This document shows, piece by piece, positions 36,265 to 45,492 of a DNA stretch of 61,161 nt. A program made the position numbers and the translations under genes. The stretch is from an uncultured Candidatus Saccharibacteria bacterium (GTDB lineage: Bacteria > Patescibacteriota > Minisyncoccia > Phycocordibacterales > Phycocordibacteraceae). Each line of letters starts with the position of its first letter. Position 1 is the first letter of the stretch. A model generated the notes under the pieces. That model did no database searches. It was not told the origin of the DNA and saw only the letters and a program-made list of their open reading frames with translations. The stretch is taken from positions 1,135-62,295 of the forward strand of contig CAZNVT010000001.1 of assembly GCA_964577025.1 (NCBI GenBank), given 5' to 3'.

Positions 36265-37086
36265 ATGATTCGTCGTCATGCGGGTATTCACTATTACAGT
36301 CACCGGGGTCGAAAAGCCCACGAAGCGACCTTCATAAGTCATGTAGGGAGCGGACTCGTACTGCCGCTAGTGCTGGTATTTGTCGCGGTTGTAGTCGCCA
36401 CTGGCGCAGTAATAATTCCCTGGGAACATTCAAATCAAATGGGTCCGCTCTTGTGGGCGCTGATGCTATCTACGGGCCGTCTTCTCGTTGCCTTTGTCCT
36501 CGCACTTCTATGTGGAGTTGCTCTTGGGTTATTAGCTGAAAAGGGAAGACACACCGAAGCACTGCTCCTGCCTATTTTCGATGTGCTCGAATCGATGCCC
36601 GTACTGGCATTCTTTCCTATAATCATTCTTTTCTTTATTCGGGCTGACTTCATCGAAGGTGCTGCAATTTTCATCATTTTTTTCAGTATGGTCTGGAATA
36701 TTGCATTTAGTGTAGTAAGCGGCCTAAAGCAAACGCCAAGTGAGGTGCGTGCCGTGGGTCGTGTATTTGAACTTTCTCCCTGGGAACGCTTCCAACGCAT
36801 TTTATTACCAGCACTATTTCCGTCCCTTCTTACGGGCTCAATTCTGTCAGTTGCTGATGGTTGGAATATATTAATTGTTGCGGAGGCACTTCATGCCTAT
36901 GCACCTGTTTCCGCAAACGCACACGACTTAAACGGCATTGGTAGTATCTTGGTGGCCGTATCAAGTAATGGTGATATATCCACCCTAACGCTTGCGATGG
37001 GTCTGCTGGTGGTATCCATTGCACTTACCAACATCGTACTGTGGCAGCCGCTGCTAGCGTATGCTAAACGTTTTTCATTCGAGTAA
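36265..37086 (+). CDS. ABC transporter permease (NitT/TauT, SsuC-like)
   Basis: 6 TM. EAA-like loop region ...VAEALHAY... Followed directly by the matching ATPase. Confidence 0.75.
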   Translation: MIRRHAGIHYYSHRGRKAHEATFISHVGSGLVLPLVLVFVAVVVATGAVIIPWEHSNQMGPLLWALMLSTGRLLVAFVLALLCGVALGLLAEKGRHTEALLLPIFDVLESMPVLAFFPIIILFFIRADFIEGAAIFIIFFSMVWNIAFSVVSGLKQTPSEVRAVGRVFELSPWERFQRILLPALFPSLLTGSILSVADGWNILIVAEALHAYAPVSANAHDLNGIGSILVAVSSNGDISTLTLAMGLLVVSIALTNIVLWQPLLAYAKRFSFE

Positions 37087-37820
37087 TGCGTATGCACACA
37101 AACCCCAAAGCGCTTTCGTTTGCTGACGTTGATTTCTCTTTCGAGAAGCATGGTCCGCTTGTACTGCAATCAGTCACGCTTTCGCTAGCACCTCGCACGT
37201 TTACCACAATTGTGGGACCGTCTGGAGGCGGAAAGTCTACGATACTCAAGCTCGCTGCTGGGATTGAAAAACCTGTACGAGGCACTGTAGATCGGACTGT
37301 GCGGACTCGCATGATATTTCAGACGGGCGGTCTTCTGCCGTGGTTGTCAGCGCTCGACAACGTATTAATTGGTTTAGTGGATAACCGCGCTTCCAAAGGT
37401 AAGAAGCGTGAACTTGCTCTTCAAGCACTTGATGAGGTGGGCTTGCGAAGCCATGTTACGAAGACCCCAAGAGAGCTGTCTGGAGGGCAGCGACAGCGAG
37501 TGGGAATAGCCAGAGCGCTCGTAGCAGAACCGGAACTACTTCTGCTTGACGAGCCATTTTCAGCACTCGACGTTGAGTCTGCCGCAGCACTCTCCAAGGA
37601 CGTTATGCGAATGTATGCTGAGCGAGAAATCACTATGCTTATGGTTTCGCACAGTATAGAGGACGCCGTTATGCTGTCCGATGAAATACTCGTCTGTAGC
37701 AATGGAACTATTTCTGCGCGGGTGCCGGTAACCTTTGAGTATCCAAGAGACAAGGAGAGTGCAGAAGTTCGTGCGTTAGTACAAGCAGTTAAGCATCACA
37801 TGCCCGCGACAGAGGAATAG
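37086..37820 (+). CDS. ABC transporter ATP-binding protein (SsuB/TauB-like)
   Basis: Walker A GPSGGGKST, LSGGQRQRVGIARAL, LLLLDEPFSALD. Confidence 0.9.
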   Translation: MRMHTNPKALSFADVDFSFEKHGPLVLQSVTLSLAPRTFTTIVGPSGGGKSTILKLAAGIEKPVRGTVDRTVRTRMIFQTGGLLPWLSALDNVLIGLVDNRASKGKKRELALQALDEVGLRSHVTKTPRELSGGQRQRVGIARALVAEPELLLLDEPFSALDVESAAALSKDVMRMYAEREITMLMVSHSIEDAVMLSDEILVCSNGTISARVPVTFEYPRDKESAEVRALVQAVKHHMPATEE

Positions 37821-37870
37821 TCAGCACGGTCATCGGATAATCCGGTTCGCGGTCTGGTATGCTATGGGGT

Positions 37871-38035
37871 ATGAAACTACCACATATCTCTTGGAATCGA
37901 GTCACCCGCGCCTCGCAGCTTATCGCTATCGTGCTCTTTGTTGGCGTGTTCGTGCTCGGATTTTTCTTGGGAAGGGCATATCAGCGCCACACCTACCTAA
38001 ATGCCACTGAGGCGTATCTAAAGGGAGAACTTTAG
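37871..38035 (+). CDS. possible 54-aa single-TM small protein
   Basis: My own translation: MKLPHISWNRVTRASQLIAIVLFVGVFVLGFFLGRAYQRHTYLNATEAYLKGEL. Below the ORF-track cutoff. Confidence 0.3.
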   Translation: MKLPHISWNRVTRASQLIAIVLFVGVFVLGFFLGRAYQRHTYLNATEAYLKGEL

Positions 38036-38643
38036 CTCTTTTTCCTACGTGACTGCCACACTTCGTATACGAGTGGTGCAGAGGAAGCAATAATTATCGC
38101 CACGATAATAGGGAGTAGGTAGTGCTCCAGATTTGGAAAGACATTTCCAAGGGCGTACCCCAGATAGGTGACACCGGTGCCCCACAGTACTCCACCTACG
38201 ATGTTGTACGTCACAAATGTGCGGTAGCGCATACTTCCAAGTCCCGCAAAAATAGGAACAAACGTCCGCACGGTGGGAACAAACCGTGCAAAAATAATGG
38301 CACGTACTCCGTAGCGCTCGTAAAACGCCTCGGTTTTTTTCACGGTCTTCTCATTAAAAAAGAATGCGCTCTTTCCTTTAAACAAACGCTGGCCAAAATA
38401 ATTGCCCGTCCAGTACCCAATGGTGTCGCCAATGATAGCCGCACTGGTGGTAAGGAGGAGGAGAATCCAAATATTGAATACGCCCTGTGAAGCCAATAAA
38501 CCCGCAACAAAAAGAAGTGTGTCACCTGGAAAGATGAACCCAAAGGGTAGTCCTGTTTCAGACAGCACAATGCCAAAAATGCCTAGATATCCTGCCGCCT
38601 GCACCAGGTCGGTGAGTGGAATCCCAAAGAGATCAGTAATCAT
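38032..38643 (-). CDS. DedA-family membrane protein
   Basis: ATG at 38643 (MITDLFGIPL). GLPFGFIFPGDTLLFVAG and FARFVPTVRTF motifs. The upstream ORF extension covers a repeat element. Confidence 0.85.
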   Translation of the reverse strand: MITDLFGIPLTDLVQAAGYLGIFGIVLSETGLPFGFIFPGDTLLFVAGLLASQGVFNIWILLLLTTSAAIIGDTIGYWTGNYFGQRLFKGKSAFFFNEKTVKKTEAFYERYGVRAIIFARFVPTVRTFVPIFAGLGSMRYRTFVTYNIVGGVLWGTGVTYLGYALGNVFPNLEHYLLPIIVAIIIASSAPLVYEVWQSRRKKS

Positions 38644-38695
38644 ACGTGTGTGCAGTATACAGTAATCTATGCCCTGAATGAGTGTAGTCGAGTAT

Positions 38696-38775
38696 TTCCG
38701 GATACAAGGCGCGAGGGAGTAGCGAACGAGGCGTACTGGAGAGTACGGTGAGTGAGCGACGGAGCGAGCAACGCA
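38696..38775 (-). repeat. dispersed 3'-of-gene repeat family, copy (minus orientation)
   Basis: Reverse complement reads GCGTTGCTCGCT...CTCACTCAC-CGTAC-TCTCCA-GTACG-CCTCGTTCGC...CCCTCGCGCCTTGTATCC. Confidence 0.6.
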
Positions 38776-38852
38776 GTAGCAGGGAATAATACGCTGCACT
38801 CACGTAAAACAAACACAGCCAGACGGATGTGTCTGACTGTGAGGCGAGTGAA

Positions 38853-39098
38853 TTAGAAGCGTCGAATCTGCGATACTTGCGGAAGTCGGAAATCAGTAGG
38901 AGCACGAGGTGTTCCAGATGAAGAGACTTCGATGGCGGAGTCGGCAGAAGCAACAAGGGATGTTGCAACATTTGCAGAAAGCTCAGCACCACGCAAGAAG
39001 GCAAGAGTCGTAGCTTCGAGTTGGTGAAGGACATTTGGGACAAAACACTGTAGGACGAGTATCAGTATCCCAAGTCCAATAGCCTGAAATATAGGCAT
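38853..39098 (-). CDS. small membrane protein, unknown function
   Basis: 81 aa with N-terminal TM (IFQAIGLGILILVLQCFV). Confidence 0.45.
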   Translation of the reverse strand: MPIFQAIGLGILILVLQCFVPNVLHQLEATTLAFLRGAELSANVATSLVASADSAIEVSSSGTPRAPTDFRLPQVSQIRRF

Positions 39099-39230
39099 AT
39101 ATTAGAAATAAATGGATAAAGTACAACAAACGGGCCGGGGCCAGTCTGGTGTATGTCGTCCTGTCAGTGATCAGTCTCTCTATTTTCTAGAACTGGACGG
39201 GCAAGTAAAAGGTTGCGCTATACTGCAGGT

Positions 39231-39698
39231 ATGGAAACAGCGATATTTGCCGGTGGGTGCTTCTGGGGGATTGAGAAGGCCTTTCTCGATGTGGGTGGCG
39301 TGGTGGACGCTGAAAGCGGATACATTGGCGGAAAGCGAGAGAATCCAACGTACCAGCAAGTGTGCACCGGAGCAACGGGGCACGCTGAAGCGGTAAGGGT
39401 AACCTATGATCCTGCTGTGATTTCGTACGAAGCACTCGTGCGAAAGTTCTTTACTATTCATAATCCCACCGAATTGAATCGTCAGGGACCCGATGTGGGA
39501 ACACAGTACCGGTCGGGAATCTTCTATCTAAATGAAGAGCAAAAAGAAATTGCAGAGAAGATAGTGAAAGAACTTGCGCCAAACTATTATCCGCAAACCG
39601 TAGTGACTGAAATAACGGCAGCATCCACGTTCTATCGCGCAGAGGAATACCACCAGCGATATTATGAAAAGCACCCAAACGCGGTGTGTCATATATGA
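39231..39698 (+). CDS. msrA: peptide-methionine (S)-S-oxide reductase
   Basis: METAIFAGGCFWGIEKAF with the GCFWG active site. Confidence 0.95.
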   Translation: METAIFAGGCFWGIEKAFLDVGGVVDAESGYIGGKRENPTYQQVCTGATGHAEAVRVTYDPAVISYEALVRKFFTIHNPTELNRQGPDVGTQYRSGIFYLNEEQKEIAEKIVKELAPNYYPQTVVTEITAASTFYRAEEYHQRYYEKHPNAVCHI

Positions 39699-40123
39699 AA
39701 AAAGGAGAAGACTACATTGGTGTAACTGCTAGTTTTTTCTGTCACGATGGTGAAGGCAATTATGTACTGCAGAAGCGAAGCACCAACTGCAGAGACGAGC
39801 ACGGCAGATGGGATTGCGGAGGAGGAGGTGTGGAGTTTGGCGACACAATAGAAGAAACACTGCGAAAGGAAATTAGAGAGGAGTATGGTGTTGAAGTGGG
39901 CGATATTGAGTTCTTAGGAGTCCGAGATGTGCATCGGGAACACGAAGGAAGAAAGACGCATTGGGTATCTATAGATCACCGAGTGCTCGTGGACCGAAGC
40001 AAAGTAAACAATGCAGAGCCCCATAAGTTTGAGGAGATAGGATGGTTCACCTTGGACGGGCTTCCTGAACCGCTTCACTCCATGCTCCCACTCGCCTTAG
40101 AGAAGTATAGTGACAGGTTGTAG
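39686..40123 (+). CDS. NUDIX hydrolase
   Basis: Nudix box GGGGVEFGDTIEETLRKEIREEYG. Overlaps the msrA end by 13 nt. Confidence 0.85.
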   Translation: MSYMKKGEDYIGVTASFFCHDGEGNYVLQKRSTNCRDEHGRWDCGGGGVEFGDTIEETLRKEIREEYGVEVGDIEFLGVRDVHREHEGRKTHWVSIDHRVLVDRSKVNNAEPHKFEEIGWFTLDGLPEPLHSMLPLALEKYSDRL

Positions 40124-40134
40124 ACTTTACCCGT

Positions 40135-41547
40135 ATGTCATCCGAGAGTATTCCGCCACCGCCGTCACAAAAAGAGAAAAAGCAACCAACTCTGCTCAAG
40201 GAGCGAAGCATCCCAGCCCCTGAAGACCTCTCCGCTCGCAGTCACTCAAAGCAACACATGACGAAAGAGCGAGCAGCGCTCGCGGCAAGTATCCGAGAGG
40301 AACGCCGTGCAGGAAGAGATGCCCTTTCTGAACTCCGTATTAAAACCAGTCTACTTTCAAACAAAATAGAACAGGGAGGACAGAACTACGAAAAGCTCGC
40401 AACCGAAATGACCGAGTTGGAGCAGAAACGTACTGAACGTGCTAATTCGCTTGCTGGGCGCATAAAGGAGGTGTTGGGGCACAAAACGGGCGCCGATAAT
40501 AGCCTTGATCACGCCATCAATGAACACTCGGACGAGCTTAGCATTACCGAGGGCGAGATAGACGATGCTAAAAAAGAACTCGAAGAGAGTATTGTTCAGC
40601 TTGTTGAGGCTGACGCTAACCTAAAGGGGTTGCGACGAAAAATAGAAAATCATTATGCGGAAGCGGGGGATAATATGCACCGTACTGTAGAGCAGACAAT
40701 GATGCGCAACAATGCATTCTTTGTGCACACCATAAACGAAGACGAGAGAACAAGACACAACGCAAACTCTAATGTTTCAAAGGAAACACACTTTGAAGAC
40801 GATCTTAATATCCTGCTTGCCTTGGAACCCTCAGTGTCTGCATCCTCTCTGCTTCCCGGAGTAGATAGTGATGGTTATGTGAGTGGGATATGGACAGGCT
40901 CGGGCGGTGTCTTACTTGGTGGTGGGCAGATATCAGACGCTGAGCACCAAGACCTAGGGACAGTTTCCTGGGGGATAAAACATAGGGGTGCGTATAATGC
41001 GCGACCAAAGAAAACAGCTGGTGAAATAGATGCAGTTATCCATGCTCGTCGAAATTCGCGTTTAGGTGACTATTCAGGAGGATATAACGAGCTCGTGGTA
41101 AACAATCCAGAGATCTCCGGCTACTTTAAGCAGGGGGTGATAGATGAAGCTGGAGTTGCGTGGGTGCATAATATTCAAACAAAAAAAGAACTCGCAACCT
41201 TGCACGAATTGTACGAAAATCCCATGAGAAGGGAGGAGTATCAAGCAGCCCTGAACATATTCAACAGGAATCTATCGCGCTACAGGGATCGCTTTGATTT
41301 GATACGGAGGAAAGGCTTACCATTCTACGTGTTGACTCCAGACCGAAAATTTTTTGAAGTACTCCAAGTAAACGATAACGGAACGCTTAGTTTGGGTGAA
41401 GAACTCACGCCGGAGCGGGCAGCAACGGGTAGGGCAGGTTTTACTTCTGAAGAACGAAAACGAATTGGGTCAGAGTTGTTGCAAAAGAGAGTCTTTAAGA
41501 ATGATGAAGCGCACAACGAAGCGGAGGAGCTATTGCGGGCAACGTAG
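40135..41547 (+). CDS. large hypothetical protein with N-terminal coiled coil
   Basis: 470-aa ORF. The N-terminal 180 aa are charged and heptad-like. The C-terminal domain is not recognised. Confidence 0.6.
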   Translation: MSSESIPPPPSQKEKKQPTLLKERSIPAPEDLSARSHSKQHMTKERAALAASIREERRAGRDALSELRIKTSLLSNKIEQGGQNYEKLATEMTELEQKRTERANSLAGRIKEVLGHKTGADNSLDHAINEHSDELSITEGEIDDAKKELEESIVQLVEADANLKGLRRKIENHYAEAGDNMHRTVEQTMMRNNAFFVHTINEDERTRHNANSNVSKETHFEDDLNILLALEPSVSASSLLPGVDSDGYVSGIWTGSGGVLLGGGQISDAEHQDLGTVSWGIKHRGAYNARPKKTAGEIDAVIHARRNSRLGDYSGGYNELVVNNPEISGYFKQGVIDEAGVAWVHNIQTKKELATLHELYENPMRREEYQAALNIFNRNLSRYRDRFDLIRRKGLPFYVLTPDRKFFEVLQVNDNGTLSLGEELTPERAATGRAGFTSEERKRIGSELLQKRVFKNDEAHNEAEELLRAT

Positions 41548-41688
41548 CTTCTCGTGACGAACATAGCGACACAGTTTCAACACCTGTCAGGATGTTGATA
41601 GTGGGAAGTGTGCAGGGAGTATACTGCCGGCAGGGTGCACTAAGATCTTTTCGCACTCGCAACCACCTAACCGAAAAGGGGTAGGACT

Positions 41689-42195
41689 ATGGGTTGGACT
41701 GACGACAGAATAGCAACACTAAAGAAGTTGTGGCTCGACGACTTGTCCGCAAGCCAGATCGCCAAACAGCTGGGTGGCGTCACACGCAATGCCGTTATCG
41801 GCAAGGTGCACCGTCTGGGACTTTCCGGCCGGGCTGCTCCTTCGCAGCCGGCACGTCCGGTGTTCAAGGCACCGCGTCCTGTTCGTCCGGCGACTCCGGC
41901 CGCTCCTCGGCGCGTTGTTGCCGAAGAAGTGACTACTCCCGCGCCGGGGATGCCTGTGCCTGTTCACCGGATTGAGGAACCGGGATCGGTCACCATTCAC
42001 ACGCTCGGTGCGCATATGTGCAAGTGGCCCATCGGTGATCCGTCCTCGGACGGCTTCACGTTTTGCGGCCGGCGAAACGGCGAGGTGGGTCCCTACTGCC
42101 GCGAACACGCCCAAGTGGCGTACCAGCAGCCGCAGCAAAGCAAGAAGAGGTCAGGGCCGACCGACCTGGCTCGCTCGCTTACGCGCTACATCTAG
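41689..42195 (+). CDS. gcrA: GcrA-family cell-cycle regulator-like protein
   Basis: MGWTDDRIATLKKLWLDDLSASQIAKQLGGVTRNAVIGKVHRLGLSGR N-terminal domain. C-terminal CKWPIGDP...FCG...PYCREHAQVAYQ. RBS AAAGGGG. Confidence 0.85.
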   Translation: MGWTDDRIATLKKLWLDDLSASQIAKQLGGVTRNAVIGKVHRLGLSGRAAPSQPARPVFKAPRPVRPATPAAPRRVVAEEVTTPAPGMPVPVHRIEEPGSVTIHTLGAHMCKWPIGDPSSDGFTFCGRRNGEVGPYCREHAQVAYQQPQQSKKRSGPTDLARSLTRYI

Positions 42196-42218
42196 TATGT
42201 GGCGCACAGTACTCAAAA

Positions 42219-42244
42219 GGGCTCCGCGATTTTGCGCGGAGCCC
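42219..42244. terminator. bidirectional terminator between gcrA-like gene and msrB
   Basis: GGGCTCCGCG-ATTTTG-CGCGGAGCCC flanked by AAAA / TTGAAGTTTTT. Confidence 0.8.
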
Positions 42245-42260
42245 TTGAAGTTTTTATGAG

Positions 42261-42656
42261 TTACTCCTGCTCGAAATTGAGTGCCACTGAATTTATGCAG
42301 TAGCGCTTTCCGCCGGCCTCTTTTGGTCCGTCGTCAAAGATGTGTCCCAGGTGACTATCGCAGTGCTTGCAGTACACCTCGGTACGGCGCATACCGTGCG
42401 AGTCATCACTTCGGGTGCCTACATTTTCCGCTACGGCAGGGTCGGTAAATGATGGCCAACCACTTCCGGAATCAAACTTCTTGTCGGAGGAAAACAGCAC
42501 TGCGCCACAGGCTTTGCAGTGATACATTCCCGTATCGTGATTATCCACGTAATTGCCTGAGTAGGGAGCTTCGGTGCCGGCTTCCCTAAGTACTCGGTAT
42601 TCGTCTGGGGTGAGACGCTCCTTGAGCATTTCCTCGGTGATTTCTGGTTCGATCAT
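42261..42656 (-). CDS. msrB: peptide-methionine (R)-S-oxide reductase
   Basis: CKACGAVLF...GWPSF...CKHCDSHLGHIFDDGP. ATG at 42656 avoids overlap with the upstream gene. Confidence 0.9.
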   Translation of the reverse strand: MIEPEITEEMLKERLTPDEYRVLREAGTEAPYSGNYVDNHDTGMYHCKACGAVLFSSDKKFDSGSGWPSFTDPAVAENVGTRSDDSHGMRRTEVYCKHCDSHLGHIFDDGPKEAGGKRYCINSVALNFEQE

Positions 42657-42669
42657 AGAGGTATGGTAG

Positions 42670-43146
42670 TTAGCCTTTCCTAGCGGCATCAATAGCGGCC
42701 ACGTCTATCTTTTGCATTGTCATCATTGCGGCAAACGCGCGCTCAGACTCGGCTCCGCCAGCGGTAAACGCATCAAGTAGCGTGCGTGGAGTAATCTGCC
42801 ACGAAACTCCCCAGCGGTCTTTGCACCAGCCACACTCACTTTCTTTTCCTCCATTTCCGACGATTGCGTTCCAGTACTTGTCTGTCTCTTCTTGATCCTC
42901 GGTAGTGATTTGGAATGAGAACGCCTCGCTCTGGGGGAACATTGGTCCACCATTGAGTCCTGTGCAGGGAATACCGCAGACGCTGAATTGCACAGTGAGC
43001 ACATCGCCCTTTCTGCCATCAGGGAAATTGTCTGGTGCGTGAAATACCGTTCCTACACTACTGTCAGGAAACGTAGCGGCATAGAAGTTTGCAGCTTCTT
43101 CTGCGCCCTTATCAAACCAGAGACAAACCGTGTTTTTTGAGATCAT
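42670..43146 (-). CDS. VOC/glyoxalase-superfamily protein (PhnB-like, PF06983-type)
   Basis: CLWFDKGAEEAANFYAATFP...CGWCKDRWGVSWQI. Confidence 0.75.
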   Translation of the reverse strand: MISKNTVCLWFDKGAEEAANFYAATFPDSSVGTVFHAPDNFPDGRKGDVLTVQFSVCGIPCTGLNGGPMFPQSEAFSFQITTEDQEETDKYWNAIVGNGGKESECGWCKDRWGVSWQITPRTLLDAFTAGGAESERAFAAMMTMQKIDVAAIDAARKG

Positions 43147-43243
43147 AGCGAATGGTGGTTATGAATTGAGTATACCGTGGGGCGTGAATAGTGGCTCAAA
43201 AACCACCATTGCCCGAGCCCCGTCGTCACGGTACGATTACCCT

Positions 43244-43714
43244 ATGTCACGAACCGTCCTGGTCTGTCTCCTTTTGGTGCTCGCGTTTATGGGAATCGCT
43301 GATGCCTGGTACCTTGCCGCAAGTGCGCTTTCTAACACCGCTCTCTCGTGCGATTTGGGTGCGGTGCTTGATGGCTGCAACGTGGTGGCTAAAAGCGAGT
43401 ACTCGCACTTCCTGGGGCTTCCACTCGCGCTCTATGGTGTTGGATTTTACGCAGTTACATTTGTACTATCAGCACTTCTGTTGATAGTGCGTGACGCGCG
43501 AATTGCACGCTCTCTGTATTTGCTAAGCATTGTGGGCGCACTGGCATCTGTTGTATTTCTTGCCATACAGTTCACGCTCATTCAAGCGTTGTGCATTTAC
43601 TGTATAGCGTCTGCAGTGATTTCGTTCCTTATCTTTTTTGTTAGCCGTGATGTGTGGCGGCTGCACCGCAGGCAGCACACTGTCATCATCTCTACTCAAT
43701 CCACTTCCGTATGA
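43244..43714 (+). CDS. vitamin K epoxide reductase (VKOR) family protein
   Basis: ATG at 43244. Loop cysteines CDLGAVLDGC and active-site CIYC in a TM. 4-5 TMs. Confidence 0.8.
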   Translation: MSRTVLVCLLLVLAFMGIADAWYLAASALSNTALSCDLGAVLDGCNVVAKSEYSHFLGLPLALYGVGFYAVTFVLSALLLIVRDARIARSLYLLSIVGALASVVFLAIQFTLIQALCIYCIASAVISFLIFFVSRDVWRLHRRQHTVIISTQSTSV

Positions 43715-44892
43715 AGCACATCAGCCTTGCGTTGCTTAGTCTTGCCGTAGTACTTCTCCTGCCGTCATCCGTGAACGCCGCGACGGTGCAGTCTGCGCGC
43801 ACCATTGTGGTGTCGGAGCCTGTTACGGACAATCTGTATCTTGCTGGTAGTGACCTTACGATTGCCGCGCCTATTACGGGAGACTTGGTTGCAAGTGGCG
43901 GCACACTGTCGGTGTCTGCACCAGTAAGTGGGGACGCGCTTCTAGCTGGAGGTACCGTGCAGGTGCGAAAGCCTGTTGCGGGAGATGTTCGGGCAGTGGG
44001 CGGTGAACTGACATTTGATAGTACGGTAGGCGGAGATTTGATGATTGCAGGAGGCACGGTGAGCGCGTCTACTACCGCGCTCGATACGCATATTGCCGGA
44101 GGTACGGTTCGAGTTTCAGGGAGTGGTGGAGATGTGATGATTGTCGGCGCAGACGTATATCTCTCGGGAACTATCCGTGGAGATGTAAAAGTCACCGCTT
44201 CTGACAAGATTTTTATTGCTGAGGGAACCGTGATAACAGGCGCCCTTAGGTATGACGCTCCTCAGCAGGTAGCCGTGCCTGCCACTGCCACCATTGCTGG
44301 GGGAGTGACGTATATAGGTTCTTCCTCATTCCTGCCGACAAACGAGGAAGCAAAGCAATTTGCGCTAGCGGGAGCGGGAGTATTGCTCGTCGTGCGTATT
44401 ATGGCCATTGTTATTGCTGCAGGAGTGGTGGTAGGGCTATTTCCACACTTGGCAGAAATGGTGGTGGAGCGCACCATACTGCGCAGTCCACGCAAGTCAG
44501 TACTGTTTACGCTTCTTGGATTTGCCGCGATGGTTGTCACGCCTGTGCTCATACTGTTTCTGCTCATATCGTTTGTAGGATTTGCGCTCGCGCTTTTGCT
44601 TGCGGCGCTCTACGTATTGTTTCTTGTCCTCGCGTACCTCTATGCCGGACTTATTGCAGGAGCGGCATTATCCCGCGCGCTCTTTAAGAAGGACCGGATT
44701 AGCTGGCGCACTGCCGTACTTGGAACCGTTGCGCTCTACATTGTAAGTTCGGTGCCTTTGCTCGGGGCGCTGGTGGTGAGTCTGCTCACCTCGCTTGCGC
44801 TCGGGGCACTCATTGTCATTGCATACCGAGCTGCGTTTAGCAGTGCTGCGCACACTACGGTAGAAACAGAAGAAGAGGACATACTCATCTAA
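43711..44892 (+). CDS. secreted beta-helical-repeat (bactofilin-like repeat) protein with C-terminal multi-TM region
   Basis: ATG at 43711 overlaps the VKOR stop (ATGA). Signal peptide. Repeated G-D-[LV]-x-x-x-G-G-x-[LV] units. 4-5 C-terminal TMs. Confidence 0.65.
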   Translation: MKHISLALLSLAVVLLLPSSVNAATVQSARTIVVSEPVTDNLYLAGSDLTIAAPITGDLVASGGTLSVSAPVSGDALLAGGTVQVRKPVAGDVRAVGGELTFDSTVGGDLMIAGGTVSASTTALDTHIAGGTVRVSGSGGDVMIVGADVYLSGTIRGDVKVTASDKIFIAEGTVITGALRYDAPQQVAVPATATIAGGVTYIGSSSFLPTNEEAKQFALAGAGVLLVVRIMAIVIAAGVVVGLFPHLAEMVVERTILRSPRKSVLFTLLGFAAMVVTPVLILFLLISFVGFALALLLAALYVLFLVLAYLYAGLIAGAALSRALFKKDRISWRTAVLGTVALYIVSSVPLLGALVVSLLTSLALGALIVIAYRAAFSSAAHTTVETEEEDILI

Positions 44893-44905
44893 TTACTTTT
44901 CCGCT

Positions 44906-45373
44906 ATGAAACTTTCTGTTGGACACCCGGCTCCTGACTTCTCCCTCCTCGACCAAGACGGTGTAGTGCATACGCTTGCAGAGGTGCACGGTAAGTGGAC
45001 GCTACTCTATTTTTATCCAAAGGACGCAACGCCAGGCTGCACCATTGAGGCACAGACCATTCGCGATAGCTGGCCTGACTTTACCGGAAGCAATATTACC
45101 GTGTTTGGTATTTCTGCAGACTCTGTAGCAAGTCACAAAAAGTTTGCAGAAAAGCAGGGACTGCCGTTTACGCTGCTTGCTGATGAGAACAAGGAAATGG
45201 TGAATGCCTATGGCGTGTGGGGGAAGAAGAAAATGATGGGAAAAGAATACGACGGTATTTTCCGCACATCGTTCCTGATATCTCCAGACGGAACCATTGC
45301 CAAGATATATGAGAATGTGAAGCCGAGCGAGCATGCGGCTGAAGTCCTCGCCGATGTCAGGGCGCACGCCTGA
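44906..45373 (+). CDS. bcp: thiol peroxidase Bcp (peroxiredoxin)
   Basis: YFYPKDATPGCTIEA peroxidatic Cys motif. Confidence 0.9.
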   Translation: MKLSVGHPAPDFSLLDQDGVVHTLAEVHGKWTLLYFYPKDATPGCTIEAQTIRDSWPDFTGSNITVFGISADSVASHKKFAEKQGLPFTLLADENKEMVNAYGVWGKKKMMGKEYDGIFRTSFLISPDGTIAKIYENVKPSEHAAEVLADVRAHA

Positions 45374-45385
45374 ACGCCTCAGCTA

Positions 45386-45469
45386 CTGCGTTACGGGTCC
45401 CCGATGACTCGTTCATCGTACGTTTCAGTACGCCTCACTCGTCATCTTCCCCGTGCCTTGTATCTGAAG
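45386..45469 (+). repeat. dispersed 3'-of-gene repeat family, copy
   Basis: CTGCGTTACGGGTCC..GATGAC-TCGTTCAT-CGTAC-GTTTCA-GTACG-CCTCACTC-GTCATC..CCCCGTGCCTTGTATCT. Confidence 0.65.
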
Positions 45470-45492
45470 TCGTTCAGACGTACGCTGGTGCA

